Origin: a virus
Lineage: Duplodnaviria > Caudoviricetes
DNA length: 64,000 nucleotides
Virus record (IMG/VR): IMGVR_UViG_2974630879_000001
Location: 12,336-76,335 of that record
Reading direction: 5' to 3' (one strand)
Shown here piece after piece: positions 63,201 to 64,000 of this stretch. Within the stretch, counting starts at the first letter, position 1; every line of letters begins with the position of its first letter. The notes beneath the pieces are model-generated. The model made no database searches. It was not told the origin of the DNA and saw only the letters and a program-made list of their open reading frames with translations. The position numbers and the translations under genes are program-made.

Positions 63201-63228
63201 GCCCCTCATTGCAGTGAGGGGCTTTTTT
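63201..63228 (+). terminator. intrinsic terminator
   Basis: GCCCCTCA...TGAGGGGC followed by TTTTTT. Confidence 0.85.
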
Positions 63229-63336
63229 ATTGCCTACAGTTTTACATCCTATTTATCTCGCATATAGAGAATTCTCCCACTATTATTTTTAGGAGGGAGT
63301 TACTCCTATTTATCACGGGGATAGTTGAGCATATGG

Positions 63337-63422
63337 AATATTTTTTATTGACAGCTCAATACTCTACCTACTTAGTGTGGTAGTAGAGAACCTTCTGCAA
63401 TATTTTTTGCAGACAGCTCATT
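63337..63422 (+). repeat. imperfect 24-nt direct repeat in the AT-rich presumed terminal region
   Basis: AATATTTTTTATTGACAGCTCAAT (63337) and AATATTTTTTGCAGACAGCTCATT (63399). Confidence 0.6.
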
Positions 63423-63511
63423 GCACTTTTGTGGGCACACGTCACACACCACACAAACTACCCCCCCGGTATGTTCACACTGGTGTACTGACCCTACCCC
63501 ACACAACTACT

Positions 63512-63530
63512 GATGCTCCGCATCTTATGG
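63512..63530 (+). promoter_or_regulatory. N4-type vRNAP early hairpin promoter
   Basis: Template strand 5'-CCATAAGATGC-GGA-GCATC-3' has the N4 early promoter geometry (CC, 4 nt, 5-bp stem, GGA loop); predicted +1 at 63529. Confidence 0.88.
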
Positions 63531-63564
63531 ATTCATTCCTTATATCTAACCTGGAGACATATAC

Positions 63565-63885
63565 ATGGCTACTCAAGCTAATACTCGCGTCACTCTCGCT
63601 GCCATCCTTGGCACTGTGACAACGGCTACCTCTACCGTTACCAATACTTTCGATGCCCTCAACAAGGGTATCGGTATGCTCAATACCACTGTCAATGATG
63701 CTGCCTTCCGTCAGGAAAAGCGCTCCAAGATTGATCGTCATCTCTACGTCAATAACCTCATCCGTGATACTGCTCAACAGGAAGCTGAAGCTACTCTCCG
63801 TAGTGAAGAATTCCTCAAGTCCAATCCTGCTGCTGCACCTCACTTCAAGGCTTCGTTCGACGAACTGTCCGAACTCCTGAAGTAA
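63565..63885 (+). CDS. early protein, N4 gp1-like
   Basis: First gene after the hairpin promoter; LGTVTTATSTVTNTFDALNKGIGML helical pattern; GGAG RBS. Confidence 0.78.
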   Translation: MATQANTRVTLAAILGTVTTATSTVTNTFDALNKGIGMLNTTVNDAAFRQEKRSKIDRHLYVNNLIRDTAQQEAEATLRSEEFLKSNPAAAPHFKASFDELSELLK

Positions 63886-63891
63886 TCCACT

Positions 63892-63919
63892 GATCCACCC
63901 TTCGGGGTGGATCTTTTTG
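63892..63919 (+). terminator. intrinsic terminator
   Basis: GATCCACCC-TTCG-GGGTGGATC followed by TTTTTG. Confidence 0.9.
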
Positions 63920-64000
63920 TTACTGATAGACCAATCAGTAGATAGACCACCGTCTATCGATAGTCCTATAGAGATTGGATGAGTGGAGAAGTGACTAGTC

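Noticed and set aside
1-64000. CRISPR array, integrase, reverse transcriptase/DGR, intein or homing endonuclease, stop-codon recoding
   Set aside because: No regularly spaced repeats or diagnostic motifs were seen, core genes have no obvious insertions, and TAA, TGA and TAG all end intact genes.

Overview
A 64-kb stretch of a lytic N4-like podophage genome (Schitoviridae type). The assembly appears circularly permuted: the window opens inside the middle region (partial vWA/metallopeptidase gene) and ends in the early region (vRNAP hairpin promoter plus a gp1-like gene). The + strand (1-29.7 kb) carries nucleotide-metabolism and replication genes: dCTP deaminase, ThyX, rIIA/rIIB, MazG-like pyrophosphatase, SF1 helicase, family-A DNA polymerase, PD-(D/E)XK nuclease, primase, AAA ATPase, SSB and resolvase, plus an inserted collagen/C1q-type fibre. 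The - strand (29.8-62.8 kb) carries the 3442-aa virion RNA polymerase, ejection and structural proteins, major capsid, portal, a lysis cassette (holin, SAR endolysin, embedded spanins), a tail module, terminase, and a small-gene cluster with a Tad2/DUF2829 homologue and a gp49-family fusion. The most striking feature is the ORF-free 2.7-kb RNA island at 5257-7960. It holds 7 canonical tRNAs, a textbook type I hammerhead ribozyme, and five non-canonical elements that are each closed by an acceptor-like stem, end in N-CCA and are preceded by the same AT leader as most of the tRNAs. These five are two 160-170-nt oversized cloverleaves sharing a CTACGTCTG motif, a 51-nt minihelix carrying the alanine identity elements, a 50-nt hairpin and one degenerate tRNA. 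Several further large structured domains lie between them. All RNA folds were found by eye and all protein families were recalled from motifs; no folding software or database search was run. N4 gp numbers are positional analogies. No integrase, reverse transcriptase, CRISPR array, intein or homing endonuclease was seen.
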